DNA of 64,000 nucleotides, taken from an uncultured delta proteobacterium. GTDB taxonomy: Bacteria > Desulfobacterota > Binatia > Binatales > Binataceae. The stretch spans positions 800,001-864,000 of the forward strand of contig CAWCDG010000004.1 in NCBI GenBank assembly GCA_963794325.1, written 5' to 3'. The position numbers and the translations under genes are program-made. The notes under the pieces were generated by a model that worked only from the letters and a program-made list of their open reading frames with translations, did not search any database and was not told where the DNA came from. Positions 37,194 through 47,744 of this stretch are shown piece after piece. Positions within the stretch are counted from its first letter, which is position 1, and every line of letters starts with the position of its first letter.

Positions 37194-37913
37194 ATGATAT
37201 CGGCAAATACCTTTAATCGTTATTACTCGGATCAGACTCGCGACGGCGCCGTAGCCTTTTATGGCTGGGTCCGAAAAGAGACCACGCCTCAAACAGTCCT
37301 GCTCAATCTGGGCGCTGGTCCACCCGCAGACCGCGGCTCGATTCGGGTCTTCAAGGGCGAAGTTGCGCGAGTGGTCGGCGCCGACATCGATCCGGAGGTG
37401 CTGGACAATCCCGAGCTGGACGAGGCGCACGTAATTAACTCCGACAACAGCCTGCCGTTCGAGGACAATACGTTTGACGCCGTGTTATCAGACTGGGTCC
37501 TCGAGCACGTCTCTGCGCCGGATCAGTTCCTGCGCGAGGTGCATCGAGTACTGAAAAAAGGCGGCGTGTTTCTTTTTCGTACGCCGAATTCGTGGCACTA
37601 CGTTGCGATCATCGCGAAAATCACGCCGCAGTGGATTCATCACGTGATTGCGAATTGGGCGCGTGGATATCCTGTCGGAACGCACGAGCCGTGGCCGACC
37701 TACTATCGCCTCAATTCCCGCAAGACGGTTTATGCCGAAGGACAGAAGGCGGGCTTCGACCGGATCGAACTGCGGATGTGGGAGCCCGAGCCGCGCTACC
37801 TGGTATTTCACATGCTGCCGTTCCTCATCGGCGTCGGCTACGAACGAATCGTCAATCGATATCGGATGTTCGAAGGACTGCGCGCAGGTATTTTCGGACG
37901 CATGGTGAAGTAG
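37194..37913 (+). CDS. Class I SAM-dependent methyltransferase
   Basis: LNLGAG, LPFEDNTFDAV, VLEHV, RVLKKGG. Confidence 0.9.
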   Translation: MISANTFNRYYSDQTRDGAVAFYGWVRKETTPQTVLLNLGAGPPADRGSIRVFKGEVARVVGADIDPEVLDNPELDEAHVINSDNSLPFEDNTFDAVLSDWVLEHVSAPDQFLREVHRVLKKGGVFLFRTPNSWHYVAIIAKITPQWIHHVIANWARGYPVGTHEPWPTYYRLNSRKTVYAEGQKAGFDRIELRMWEPEPRYLVFHMLPFLIGVGYERIVNRYRMFEGLRAGIFGRMVK

Positions 37914-37961
37914 GCGAGTAGGCGGGGGCTTCCCGACCAGCGAACAGCGATTTCTACGCTG

Positions 37962-38828
37962 TCAGTCTCCGGCCAGGTCGAACGCCTTCGAAGCTCTGCG
38001 CCAGAAAAGATTTTCCGGATCGATTCTCGTGCGCCAGTTCGTCACCGCTTTCCCTATCGACAGACCGGGCTTTATCAGCGGATTGAGCACCACCTGCTCT
38101 TTGAACGGATGGATGCCGAAACCCATGCTGGTCTTGAAATGATAGAGGCCTTCTTTCGCGGCGAGTGCGATTTGACCGTTCGAGATCCAGCCCACCTCAG
38201 GACGCGCCAGCGCCGTCTTCATGACCGTGAACAGCAGCGCGTTGTTTGAATAACTCTTGAGCTGCGCTGAAGAGCTTTTCTGCAGGTGGATGTAGTAGCA
38301 ATCCTCCCCCAGCATCGCGACGATAAAAGCGGCGAGCTCGCCGTCGACGAACGCACCCCACGCCTCCAGGTCAGGCCAGCGGCCAGCCAGATCGCAGAAA
38401 GATTTCCAATGCGCCTCGCTGCGATGCGGCTGCTTTCCGGTCTGTCGCACATTGGTTTCCGTGATGAGCGGGTAGGCCTTCACTGCGAGATCCTTGAAGT
38501 CCATCTGTTCGACGGTGCAGCGGGCAAGTCCACGCCGCGTATGACTGCGAGCGTTGGCCGAGAGCGTCGCGAAGTCGTAGTTCCGATCCGCGCAAACGTA
38601 AATTCCGCCGTCGGCAGTGGCTTCTGCGGGCGTGCCTGGATAGCGAACCGCCAACGCGGCGCCGCGAATCATCACCTTCGCGAGCTCGGACCTTGACGGA
38701 TCCACGTTCCGGTGAATCGGCAAATTTTTATACAGGAAACGCTGCGAGCTGTACCAGAAACAACTCTTGGTCTGGACGACTTGATGCCCCAGCGCGCGGA
38801 AGAACTCGGCCATTTGATTTTCACGCAT
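37962..38828 (-). CDS. GNAT/FemAB-like acyltransferase
   Basis: LSANARSHTRRG, NNALLF, GLYHFKTSMG pattern of FemAB-type GNATs. Confidence 0.7.
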   Translation of the reverse strand: MRENQMAEFFRALGHQVVQTKSCFWYSSQRFLYKNLPIHRNVDPSRSELAKVMIRGAALAVRYPGTPAEATADGGIYVCADRNYDFATLSANARSHTRRGLARCTVEQMDFKDLAVKAYPLITETNVRQTGKQPHRSEAHWKSFCDLAGRWPDLEAWGAFVDGELAAFIVAMLGEDCYYIHLQKSSSAQLKSYSNNALLFTVMKTALARPEVGWISNGQIALAAKEGLYHFKTSMGFGIHPFKEQVVLNPLIKPGLSIGKAVTNWRTRIDPENLFWRRASKAFDLAGD

Positions 38829-38855
38829 TTATTTTTTCTCTAGTCGTTCCGAATC

Positions 38856-39656
38856 TCACTTCCCGGACTTCGCAAACACCTTCGCGCTATGAGCGCGCAT
38901 CAGTAACGTTTCTCCATAGCCGGCGACGCGCTGGATTCGCTCTCCAATCGCCTCGATCGTGCGATGACGAATCGCGCCGGCGCGGCTCGCTTCGAGCATC
39001 CACTTGAAATCCTTCAGCGTGGTGCTTGCCATCGGACCCATCCGCGGCATCACACGATTCTCGCTATTGGCAATTCTGAAATCCGACGTCATCACGCGCA
39101 GATAGCCCGCCGTCCACGCGGCCTGCAGAACGGCGTCGTTGTAGTGCCCGCCGGGAAGCGCGAAAGCTGCGATCGGCTCCTGGAGCAGGTCTTCCAACCG
39201 CCGCTTCGATTCGAGCAGCTCGTTAGAGGCGTCGGCCGCGCTTATCTGGGTAAGCCGCGCGTGGGTCAGCCCGTGCGACCCGATCTCGAATCCATCGGCT
39301 CGCAGAGCAAGCACCTGATCGCGAGTGAGATAGCCCGGTTGCCCAAGATAGGACCATACGATGAAAAAGATCGCATGCAGATTTCGGCGCGCAAGCTCCG
39401 GCGCAGCCACAAACCAATCGCTCTCATGACCGTCGTCGAACGTGATCAACAGCGACTTCGGCTCAGCAGCGGGACCATCAAGGTCGTCGAGCGTGATAGT
39501 GCGATAACCGCCCTCGACGATCGCGTCCAGCTGAGCGAAAAAATTACGGTCTCTGACCGCGTGCTCGATGCTCGACGTGTGCGGCAGCGCGGCGCACGCG
39601 GCCGACGAGATCGCATGATACATCAGAATCGGAAGGTCGTTAGTCTTGTCATTCAT
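38856..39656 (-). CDS. Polysaccharide deacetylase (CE4/NodB-like)
   Basis: ILMYH, ITFDDG, IGSHGLTH, FALPGG. Confidence 0.92.
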   Translation of the reverse strand: MNDKTNDLPILMYHAISSAACAALPHTSSIEHAVRDRNFFAQLDAIVEGGYRTITLDDLDGPAAEPKSLLITFDDGHESDWFVAAPELARRNLHAIFFIVWSYLGQPGYLTRDQVLALRADGFEIGSHGLTHARLTQISAADASNELLESKRRLEDLLQEPIAAFALPGGHYNDAVLQAAWTAGYLRVMTSDFRIANSENRVMPRMGPMASTTLKDFKWMLEASRAGAIRHRTIEAIGERIQRVAGYGETLLMRAHSAKVFAKSGK

Positions 39657-39657
39657 A

Positions 39658-41091
39658 TCAGGCCACCCGCCTGAGCAATGGAATCGTCGACGCCGAAATC
39701 GTCGGCTCCGGGACTGCCGCTGGACGCCGACGTAACCTCGCCAGCCGCTGCCTCTCCGCCAGTGCCCAACAGAGCGTCGCGATCATCCCGACCGCGTAGC
39801 GGCAGTCACCCGCCGTGCCTTCGGTAAAATCGAGCATCAATATCGGCACGACCACCAGGAAAAACAGCGGTTTCAAATTCCACGGATCATCCTTGCGTCT
39901 CATCAGCGAGAGCCACGGCCGGATGAAGAAAAACACCCAGAAGAGCAGCGCCGGAATACCGAGGCTGACCGCCTTCGACAGGTAGTCGCTGTGCAGGGAG
40001 CTGCGCGGCCCGTCCTCCCACGGTCCCCACCAAATCGGGAAATCGTGGGCCTTCATGATTTCGCCTTCGACCTCGAAGCCGTAGCCGATCAACGGACGCT
40101 GCTCGATTTTCGTGATCGCAAACTTCCAGATGTCGGTGCGGCCAGTCAGACTCGCAACGTCACCGCGATCGAGATACTCGGGATTCAGTTGGGCGACGAG
40201 AATGTACCCCACCACGCCCAGCGCAACTATGATCGGCACCGCCCGCAGGCGATATTTCCAAACCAGGTACAGCAGTCCACCGACCGCCAGACCGACAAAC
40301 GGCGATCGCGAATCCGCCAGCCCCGCAAGCACGACCGCTGCCAACATCTGCGCCGCCAGCAACACTCTCTTCCATCCAGTGATACGGCTCCAAATCACCA
40401 TCCCCACGCCAATCGTCGCGAGCGCGATCTCACCGATCTGGTTGGGGGAGCCGTAGATGCCGCGCAGGCGCACCAGGCCGGTCATCTCCTCGACGTCCCA
40501 CACCACGTCGTGCGACATGAGCACCGAGCTGACCAGGATCACGGCCCACACGATACCGGTCCCGACTAAGTACCAACTGAGTAGTCTTTCGATATCTTCG
40601 CGATTAGCTACTGCGCGGGCAATTTTAACTATTGCCATGAACATCAGAATTGCGGCCAATATCCTGGCGGTTGAGTAGCTCGGCAATAGCGAATACGAAA
40701 TGCTAACCACGCCGAATCCCAGGTAGATCAGGTAGTCAAGAAACCCGCCCTGTAAAATCTCCGAATTCTGGAACGCAGTCCAAACCGCGGCTCCGCAAAA
40801 TGCGATGAGCAACGGATAGCGAACCATGAAAAGCTGATCGTTGGTCAGCGGTAGAAAGCTTGCTCCGCTCAGCTCTTCGACCAGCAGCAACGCGCATAGC
40901 AAGTGTGCGCCGTTGCCTTGCACGCGCCGCGCCGCCCAAACGATCGCTACTGCGCCTGCGGCGGCGCCGACGCCTAAGATCAGAATTGGAAAATTGAGCA
41001 TCAGCAAAGCCAGCAGGCCGATCGCCGCTACGCCAATCAGCATCGCTGCGGCGGGCGGCCTGTATGCTCTCGATTGCTGTACAAGTTCCAT
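39658..41091 (-). CDS. wzy: Wzy polymerase / O-antigen-ligase-family protein
   Basis: Multi-TM; RLRG..GSPN, SRS, LTGRTDIW, PLIGYG, HSDY. Confidence 0.85.
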   Translation of the reverse strand: MELVQQSRAYRPPAAAMLIGVAAIGLLALLMLNFPILILGVGAAAGAVAIVWAARRVQGNGAHLLCALLLVEELSGASFLPLTNDQLFMVRYPLLIAFCGAAVWTAFQNSEILQGGFLDYLIYLGFGVVSISYSLLPSYSTARILAAILMFMAIVKIARAVANREDIERLLSWYLVGTGIVWAVILVSSVLMSHDVVWDVEEMTGLVRLRGIYGSPNQIGEIALATIGVGMVIWSRITGWKRVLLAAQMLAAVVLAGLADSRSPFVGLAVGGLLYLVWKYRLRAVPIIVALGVVGYILVAQLNPEYLDRGDVASLTGRTDIWKFAITKIEQRPLIGYGFEVEGEIMKAHDFPIWWGPWEDGPRSSLHSDYLSKAVSLGIPALLFWVFFFIRPWLSLMRRKDDPWNLKPLFFLVVVPILMLDFTEGTAGDCRYAVGMIATLCWALAERQRLARLRRRPAAVPEPTISASTIPLLRRVA

Positions 41092-41110
41092 AGTGACTTC
41101 TCTCGGACAG

Positions 41111-41923
41111 TTAGCGGCGCATCGCCGCCTGCGATGGTGCTTTGCTTTTCGCTATGACCGGGTTCAACTTCGGGTCGGGGCTCAGCGCCATTCTCGCTTC
41201 GTTGGACAGTTCTTCGACCCGGCGCCGGTTGGATTCGAGCACCGCCTCCAGCATCGGCGACGACGCTATCGTCCGCATCAGATCGATATTTGGAATGACG
41301 CAGTGCCCGCCGATGAAGCCGGGGAAGTATTTCGTGTTCGGCAGGAAATCGACTTCCTCGAAAAAATCCAGCGCCTCTGCATAATCGCCATCGACCCGGT
41401 TCGCGTACCGATTGAGTTCCTGGGCGAAGGCGATTAATACCCCGAAGTAAGTAGTCTCTCCCAGTTTCGCCAATTCGAGAGTTTCCAACTTACTAATGCA
41501 CTGAGTAGTCATTCCGGCAGCACGGAAGTGTTCAGCGGCTCGGGTTGCGGCGTTATCGTCGCTGCCCGCGACGAACTTGCGATAACGGAGCAGGTCCTCC
41601 GCCATCCGGACGTGCTTGCCGCGCACCGGGCTGTAGGCAATCGGGGTCTTGGCCCGCTCGGCTATCGCACGGCTGGTCCCCGGGACGACGGTACTGTTGA
41701 TGATCGTCAGTTCCGGCTTGAATCGCTGGATGTAAGAAAGCGCGCTTGCTTCAAAATCAGCCTGCCGCGTGAACGGGATGCATATATGCATCACGCCGAT
41801 CGGCTCGTCGAACTCGCATCTTTCGATATCGTGCTCGAGCACGCGACCGGTGCGCCTCAGCACTTGCGACAGGGCGCTGCCAACTTCTCCGAGGCCTACA
41901 ACTAACGTATTTGCGTTGCGCAC
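41111..41923 (-). CDS. Short UDP-glucose/GDP-mannose dehydrogenase-family protein
   Basis: GLGEVG, STVVPG, YSPVRG, ELAKL.ETTY, catalytic GGHC; no C-terminal UDP-binding domain. Confidence 0.75.
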   Translation of the reverse strand: MRNANTLVVGLGEVGSALSQVLRRTGRVLEHDIERCEFDEPIGVMHICIPFTRQADFEASALSYIQRFKPELTIINSTVVPGTSRAIAERAKTPIAYSPVRGKHVRMAEDLLRYRKFVAGSDDNAATRAAEHFRAAGMTTQCISKLETLELAKLGETTYFGVLIAFAQELNRYANRVDGDYAEALDFFEEVDFLPNTKYFPGFIGGHCVIPNIDLMRTIASSPMLEAVLESNRRRVEELSNEARMALSPDPKLNPVIAKSKAPSQAAMRR

Positions 41924-43122
41924 TTGATTACTCCTTTCTGATTGTTGAGCAGCGAATCGACCGCGTCGCAGAAGCGCTGGCTATGAACCGGCCAGCTGAT
42001 GCCCTTGACCACTTTCGCGGCCGAGTTCGACAGGCTGTCGCGCAGACCGGGATCGAGATACAAGTCCTGGATCGCGCGAGCCAGTTGTCCCGCGTTGTTC
42101 GGAGAAAAATAACGGACCGATTGTGCATTGAAGTAGTGCTCGATGGTTCGTAAGCGAGCGCAAATCACCGGAAGTCCGAGCGCCGCATACTCCAGCAGCT
42201 TTACCGGCAGCATCAGATGCGTGGCGCTCGATTCATTGTGGGGAACCAGGCCCACGTTCGCCTCGCCGATTTTTGCCGCCAGCTCCTGGATCGGAACCGG
42301 ATTTTCGAAACTGATCGCGGACTCGATGCGGAGCTTTCTGCTGAGCGCCTTGAGCTCGTCGAGGTAATCGCCCGCACCGATTATCCTGAGCCGGATCAAA
42401 GGAAACCGATGATGCAGTAAGGCCAATGCCGCGAGCGCGGTATCCAGCCCCAGCCGCCTGGAAATCGTGCCGTGGCAGATGATTGAAAATGTTCCGACCC
42501 CCGGGTCGCTGCGCACTCGACGCGATTGGCAGTTGCTATCCGCGACCGGAAAGATGCGCGGGTCGGGCGAGTTGGCGATCACCACCAGCTTGCGTTGCGG
42601 CACGCCGGATTGATGCAGCCGCTCCGCGTGAAGGTCGTGCACGGCCAGCACTCGATCCGCCAGACGTGCGCTCAATCGCTCCTGGAGCATCAGCATTCGC
42701 GCGCCGAATCGTCCGTGACGCCCGCCGAACTTGTCGAGATACAACTCCGGCATCGTGTCGTGAACGTCGAGTACTAACTTCGATCCGAACAGCCGACAGG
42801 GTAATGCACTGAGTATTGCCAAATCCGGCATCGTGCATGCGATCACTACGTCGTACCGCTCTTTGAGACTCCGTCGAATAGCCAGTGCGGCGGCCTGGCT
42901 GAAGAAGTTGAGATAGCTGCGGAGATAGTCAATCCTGCTCGCGCCGCGATAGCGCGGGAGCTGCAGTCCGGTAACGCAAACTCCGCGAGTATCGGCAACC
43001 TCTCCGTCGGCGAGACAAATCGCGTCAACCTGGTCGCCGCGACTGGCCAAAGCTTCGGCCTGCCGCTTGACCCGTCCGTCGCGCGCATATGCGGTGTAAG
43101 CGATAATCAGTATTCGCGCCAT
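41902..43122 (-). CDS. GT4 family glycosyltransferase
   Basis: DGRVKRQAEAL, DVHD.MPE, PVKLLEYAALGLPVI. Confidence 0.92.
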   Translation of the reverse strand: MARILIIAYTAYARDGRVKRQAEALASRGDQVDAICLADGEVADTRGVCVTGLQLPRYRGASRIDYLRSYLNFFSQAAALAIRRSLKERYDVVIACTMPDLAILSALPCRLFGSKLVLDVHDTMPELYLDKFGGRHGRFGARMLMLQERLSARLADRVLAVHDLHAERLHQSGVPQRKLVVIANSPDPRIFPVADSNCQSRRVRSDPGVGTFSIICHGTISRRLGLDTALAALALLHHRFPLIRLRIIGAGDYLDELKALSRKLRIESAISFENPVPIQELAAKIGEANVGLVPHNESSATHLMLPVKLLEYAALGLPVICARLRTIEHYFNAQSVRYFSPNNAGQLARAIQDLYLDPGLRDSLSNSAAKVVKGISWPVHSQRFCDAVDSLLNNQKGVIKCATQIR

Positions 43123-43124
43123 TG

Positions 43125-44639
43125 TTACGCCGGTCCTTCGCTGGTATTGGCCAGCCGATCGCCGATGCTCACCGACCCGAGTGCGCCACCGAGCATTTCA
43201 CGAACTGTGCGAGCTTCGATCAGAAGAAACGCGACGCCAGGAAGCGCGATCATCAGTAAAAGTTCCGCTATGCCGCCCACGCCTAGGTTGGTCGCAAGTA
43301 CTCGTCCGGCCATGGTGGCCGCCGCGCAACCCACCGCGGTGGTGAACCCCGGAATCAAAACGCGCATTGCTTTCCCAAGGCCGACGTCCAGCATGCGACA
43401 TGCGACCAACTGCCCCATGACGCTGCATACGGCTTCGACCGTGGTTACGCCCGCGCAGACCCACAGCAGTCCGCTCGACGCCGTGACCATCACTGCGATC
43501 ACGATCAGCACCAGTCGGACTCCGTGCAGGTACATGTCGAAGACCGGGCGTGCCAGCGCGTAGTAAACCGCGCCCATTCCCGCGCGCAGACCGATTGTGA
43601 TGATGCCGATGCTCAGGATGCGCAAGGGAAGTGCGGCCGCGATCCACTGCGGTCCATAAATCTGCCGCAACAGCTCAGGCGCGGCGACTGCGATGCACGC
43701 CAGCGGCGGCACGATGAGCCGGCTCATATAACCAAGAAAACTCAAATAGGCACGGCGCAGTTGCTCGGGCTGATGCTGCATGCGGCAGAACGCCGGCACC
43801 GTGACGCGGCCGGCCACTTTGTAAAGCCGGTCGGGCACGAAACGCAGCAGATCCCACGCCATGCCGTAGAAGCCGAGCGCCGAGGTTCCGAGCATGCGTC
43901 CCACCAACAGGTAATCCGCATTGCACGAAATCGCGTGAAGGATTTGTCCGCCCATCGCGCCGCCGGCGAAGCTTCGCAGTTCGAGCAGCGCCTTGCGGCT
44001 CGGCCCGACCCGCGGGATATACGGCTCGGCGCACCACAACAGGAGCGCGTGGGCTGCCATTCGCGCCGACAGTCCGCCGACCAGGCTCATCCGCGGATGA
44101 CCCGTCACCAGCAACGCGATCGCGACGCCGAGAAAAGCCAACTCCCCGGCCACTTCAGCCAGCGCGAGGGTGCGGTATTGCAATCTGCGCGTGAGCCGCG
44201 CGATTGGCACCGAGACCGATCCCTCGAGCAGGATCGGGATGCATAGCAAGCGCAACGCGTTGGGAATCGTGGGCATCGCCATCGCTTCCGCGATCAGCGG
44301 CGCGAGAAGATAGAGCGCGCCGCAGGTCAGGATCGAGACCGAGATCGTCGCCCACCACGCCGAGCTTTCATGCGCGCTGGTCAACTCGGGGCGCTGCACG
44401 AGAGTATCGGGCGCCGCCAGATCGTTGACCATCATTATGATTGCGCTGAACGTGATCAGCACTCTGAACAATCCGAAATCCGACGGCATCAGCTCGCGCG
44501 CGAGCACCACCAGTCCGCCGATGCGCACGACCTGGAGCGCGACCTCACCGATCACATTGTCGCGAACACCGCGCGCGAACGCGGGAGTATGCCACCCCTC
44601 GACATTAGCGACGGCGCTGATATCGCCCAGGGCTGGCAT
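43125..44639 (-). CDS. wzx: Wzx flippase
   Basis: LAR.L.PSDFG, DYLLVGRMLG...LGFY, multi-TM; start trimmed to ATG 44639. Confidence 0.88.
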   Translation of the reverse strand: MPALGDISAVANVEGWHTPAFARGVRDNVIGEVALQVVRIGGLVVLARELMPSDFGLFRVLITFSAIIMMVNDLAAPDTLVQRPELTSAHESSAWWATISVSILTCGALYLLAPLIAEAMAMPTIPNALRLLCIPILLEGSVSVPIARLTRRLQYRTLALAEVAGELAFLGVAIALLVTGHPRMSLVGGLSARMAAHALLLWCAEPYIPRVGPSRKALLELRSFAGGAMGGQILHAISCNADYLLVGRMLGTSALGFYGMAWDLLRFVPDRLYKVAGRVTVPAFCRMQHQPEQLRRAYLSFLGYMSRLIVPPLACIAVAAPELLRQIYGPQWIAAALPLRILSIGIITIGLRAGMGAVYYALARPVFDMYLHGVRLVLIVIAVMVTASSGLLWVCAGVTTVEAVCSVMGQLVACRMLDVGLGKAMRVLIPGFTTAVGCAAATMAGRVLATNLGVGGIAELLLMIALPGVAFLLIEARTVREMLGGALGSVSIGDRLANTSEGPA

Positions 44640-46063
44640 CACATTCCGCTCCCTTGCAGCATCGCCGGCAGCGTCCGCAGCAGGATTCCCATGTCGCCCA
44701 CCAGCGACCAGTCTTCGATGTATTCGATATCGAGCTGCACCATTTCCTCGAACGACAACCGATTGCGCCCGCTCACTTGCCACAGCCCGGTAATTCCCGG
44801 CGGCGCGTCGAGCCGATGCCGGTGCCATTCCTCGTACAACTCCAGTTCGTACGGCATCGCGGGTCGCGGTCCGATCAGGCTCATGTTTCCGTAAAGAACG
44901 TTGAGCAACTGCGGCAGCTCGTCGATGCTGAATCGGCGGAGCCAGTGGCCAATCCGCGTAACCCGCGCGTCGCTTCCAAGTTTGTAAACTTCGGCGCCGT
45001 TGGCTTCGGAACGTTCGGCCGGATCGCGCTGAATCCATCCTTTGACGTACTCGCGATGAATCGCGTCCGAACACTCAGTGCGCATCGTCCGGAATTTCAG
45101 CAGCTCGAATGGCTTGCCATGGATTCCTACTCGCGTCTGGCGAAACAGTAGCGGGCCTTTGTCGAACAAGCGGATCACGATGGCGGCGAGTAACAAAAGC
45201 GGCGACACCGCAACGATCATCAGCGTCGCGACCACGATATCGAAGCCGCGCTTCACCATGCAGTTGAGCCCTTCGATGTTCGACCCCGGCGGCCCGATGA
45301 GCGGAATCGCACCGACCATCTCGACCGTGAGCGCCATCGACTGCGCCACTCGCGGCATCACGCGCCAGCGAACTCGATGTTGCTCACAAAGCTTGATGAT
45401 GCGTTCGACCTGCTCGTGATCGCGTTCCGGAAGCACAATCATTGCCTCAAGGTTGCAGTGCGCGGCTGACAGGCTCGCGATGCTATCGAGGCCTCCGATT
45501 ACCCGCGTCGAATTTCCGTTCGTGCCGTTGGACGCGGGCAAGCTCGGGCTTTCATCGACAAATCCAAGAAATTCGTATTGTGTGAGCTCTGCGCTGATTC
45601 GATCGCGCAGATAAACGCCAAACGTGTTGGCGCCCACTATCACCAGCGGCACCGCGAACTGCGGCCGCGAGTAAAAGAACTTCATGCTCCGGCGCACCAA
45701 CATTCGCGCGGTTATGACCAAGCCAATCGTCAACGCCAGCCCGGCAGCCACCGCAAACCGCGACGGCGCGATATGAAGAAAAAAGCTGACCGACACCATC
45801 GTCAGCCATGCGGCGCAACTGGCTTTGACGATCGACCTGACTTCATGACGGCTGTTGCGGTAGAGTCCCACGGCGCGCGCGATCAGAATCCACACCGCCA
45901 CCAGCATCACCATGCCCGCAAGCGCTTCGCCCCAACTGCCGGGCCGAAGCGGATACAGGTCGCGGGTTCTGATGACCTGCGACATCGCGACCGCGCCGAC
46001 GACTGCTATCGCGTCGGTCGCCGCCAGTAGCGCCTTCTGGCGCTGTAGTTCCCCGCCTAACAC
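44639..46063 (-). CDS. Priming polyprenyl-phosphate glycosyltransferase (WcaJ/WbaP-like)
   Basis: KRGFD, KFRTM, SIDELPQL.NVL.G.MSLIGPRP, PGITGLWQVSGR. Confidence 0.93.
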   Translation of the reverse strand: MLGGELQRQKALLAATDAIAVVGAVAMSQVIRTRDLYPLRPGSWGEALAGMVMLVAVWILIARAVGLYRNSRHEVRSIVKASCAAWLTMVSVSFFLHIAPSRFAVAAGLALTIGLVITARMLVRRSMKFFYSRPQFAVPLVIVGANTFGVYLRDRISAELTQYEFLGFVDESPSLPASNGTNGNSTRVIGGLDSIASLSAAHCNLEAMIVLPERDHEQVERIIKLCEQHRVRWRVMPRVAQSMALTVEMVGAIPLIGPPGSNIEGLNCMVKRGFDIVVATLMIVAVSPLLLLAAIVIRLFDKGPLLFRQTRVGIHGKPFELLKFRTMRTECSDAIHREYVKGWIQRDPAERSEANGAEVYKLGSDARVTRIGHWLRRFSIDELPQLLNVLYGNMSLIGPRPAMPYELELYEEWHRHRLDAPPGITGLWQVSGRNRLSFEEMVQLDIEYIEDWSLVGDMGILLRTLPAMLQGSGM

Positions 46064-46067
46064 AACA

Positions 46068-47207
46068 TCACCCAGTAGCCAGCGCGTGCTTTACGACCTG
46101 GCTCACCGTGACGGCCTCGCGCTCGGTGAGGAACGGATGCATCGGCAATGAGAGCACGCTGTCAGCCATCGCCTCTGCGTGCGGAAAATTTCCGTGAGAG
46201 TATCCGAGACCGCGGCAAGCCGGCTGCAGATGAAGCGGAACCGGGTAATGGATCCCGCATTCGATCTGTTCGCGCAGCAGGGCTGTCCTGATTGCGTCGC
46301 GGCGATCGCTGCGGATGACGAACAGGTGGTAGCACGACTCGCTTCCCTCGGGCTGAGAGAGCAGGGTCAACCCGTCATGAGGCAAAGTTTCACGATAAAT
46401 AGCGGCGAGCTGACGACGCCGCGAGTTCCATTCCTCGAGGCGCTCGAGCTTGGGCCGCAACACTGCCGCCTGAAGAGTGTCGAGCCGGGCGTTGTATCCG
46501 TATGCGCTGTGCGCGTAATGCGACAGCCGGCCGTGATCGCGCAGCGTGCGTATCTGCGCGGCCAGCTCGTCGTCATTCGTCGCGACCGCGCCGCCTTCAC
46601 CCCATGCGCCGAGGTTCTTGCCGGGATAAAAACTGAAACATCCCGCCGCTCCAATCGTGCCGGCGAAAATCGATTGCCCCTGGTAGTTGATCCGGGCGCC
46701 GTGAGCCTGGCACGCATCCTCGACGATCTTCAGGTCGCACGCCTGAGCGAGATCGCGCAATTCGATCATGGCGGCCGGCAATCCGTAGAGATGCACCGGA
46801 AGTATCGCGCGCGGACCGTTGGGCGAGGTGAAGCGCGCTCGCTCCAGGTAGCGCGCAATCTCCGGGACGCTCAGGTTGCCGGTGTTCGGATCGATATCGA
46901 CGAATGCGGGGCGCGCCCCGGTCTGCACGATCGCCTCGGCCGTCGCGATAAACGTCATCGGCGTCGTAATAACTTCGTCGCCCGGTCCGATTCCGATCGC
47001 GAGCAGCGCCAGCCTGAGCGCGTCGGTCCCGCTCGACACGCTGACGACGTGGCGCGCGCCGAGGAAATTTGCGAATTCACTTTCGAACGCGGCAACCTGC
47101 GGGCCACCGACGTAGGAAGTCTTTTCGTGGATTTCCTCGAAACCGCGCTCGACCTGCGGCATGATTTCGCGGTTCTGCGCCGCGAGGTCTAAAAATTTAA
47201 TTGTCAT
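46068..47207 (-). CDS. DegT/DnrJ/EryC1/StrS aminotransferase (WbpE-like)
   Basis: SGTDAL, VHLYG, EDACQAHG, FSFYPGKNLG; TAATG overlap with the upstream gene. Confidence 0.95.
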   Translation of the reverse strand: MTIKFLDLAAQNREIMPQVERGFEEIHEKTSYVGGPQVAAFESEFANFLGARHVVSVSSGTDALRLALLAIGIGPGDEVITTPMTFIATAEAIVQTGARPAFVDIDPNTGNLSVPEIARYLERARFTSPNGPRAILPVHLYGLPAAMIELRDLAQACDLKIVEDACQAHGARINYQGQSIFAGTIGAAGCFSFYPGKNLGAWGEGGAVATNDDELAAQIRTLRDHGRLSHYAHSAYGYNARLDTLQAAVLRPKLERLEEWNSRRRQLAAIYRETLPHDGLTLLSQPEGSESCYHLFVIRSDRRDAIRTALLREQIECGIHYPVPLHLQPACRGLGYSHGNFPHAEAMADSVLSLPMHPFLTEREAVTVSQVVKHALATG

Positions 47208-47725
47208 TATCGTCCAACTCCCTGTAGTTGCGCGGAGCGGCGGCTGGAATACAGACGCGCCGGTATGCCCATAACTGTCGCTCGCGCCGGAACATCGCTG
47301 GTAACGAGCGCTCCGGCCGCGACCATCGCGCCTGCACCAATCTCGACTCCGCACATGATGATCGCGCCGCTTCCAATCGTTGCGCCGTGCCGCACGTAGG
47401 TGCGCTCGAGTACCCAATCGTCCGGCCGCTTCGGTGAACCATCGGCGTTGGTCGCGCGCGGATGCCGATCGTTGATGAACATCACGCCATGCCCGATGAA
47501 AACTTCGTCTTCGATCGTAACGCCGGAACAAATGAACGAGTGACTCGAAATCTTGCAGCGCTTGCCGATGTACGCCTCGCGCTGGACCTCGACGAACGCG
47601 CCCAGCTGCGATCCGTCTCCGACGCTGCATCCGTAAAGATTTACAAACGGTCCGAACTTTACCCCGTCGCCCAAAATTACGTCGGGCGACGCGCATACAT
47701 TCGATGGTAGTTCGTGAAGTGACAT
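47207..47725 (-). CDS. Hexapeptide-repeat N-acetyltransferase (WbpD-like)
   Basis: Left-handed beta-helix repeats; FIND..PRA; GIPAR. Confidence 0.9.
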   Translation of the reverse strand: MSLHELPSNVCASPDVILGDGVKFGPFVNLYGCSVGDGSQLGAFVEVQREAYIGKRCKISSHSFICSGVTIEDEVFIGHGVMFINDRHPRATNADGSPKRPDDWVLERTYVRHGATIGSGAIIMCGVEIGAGAMVAAGALVTSDVPARATVMGIPARLYSSRRSAQLQGVGR

Positions 47726-47744
47726 TTCGATCCTCGTGGTGTGC

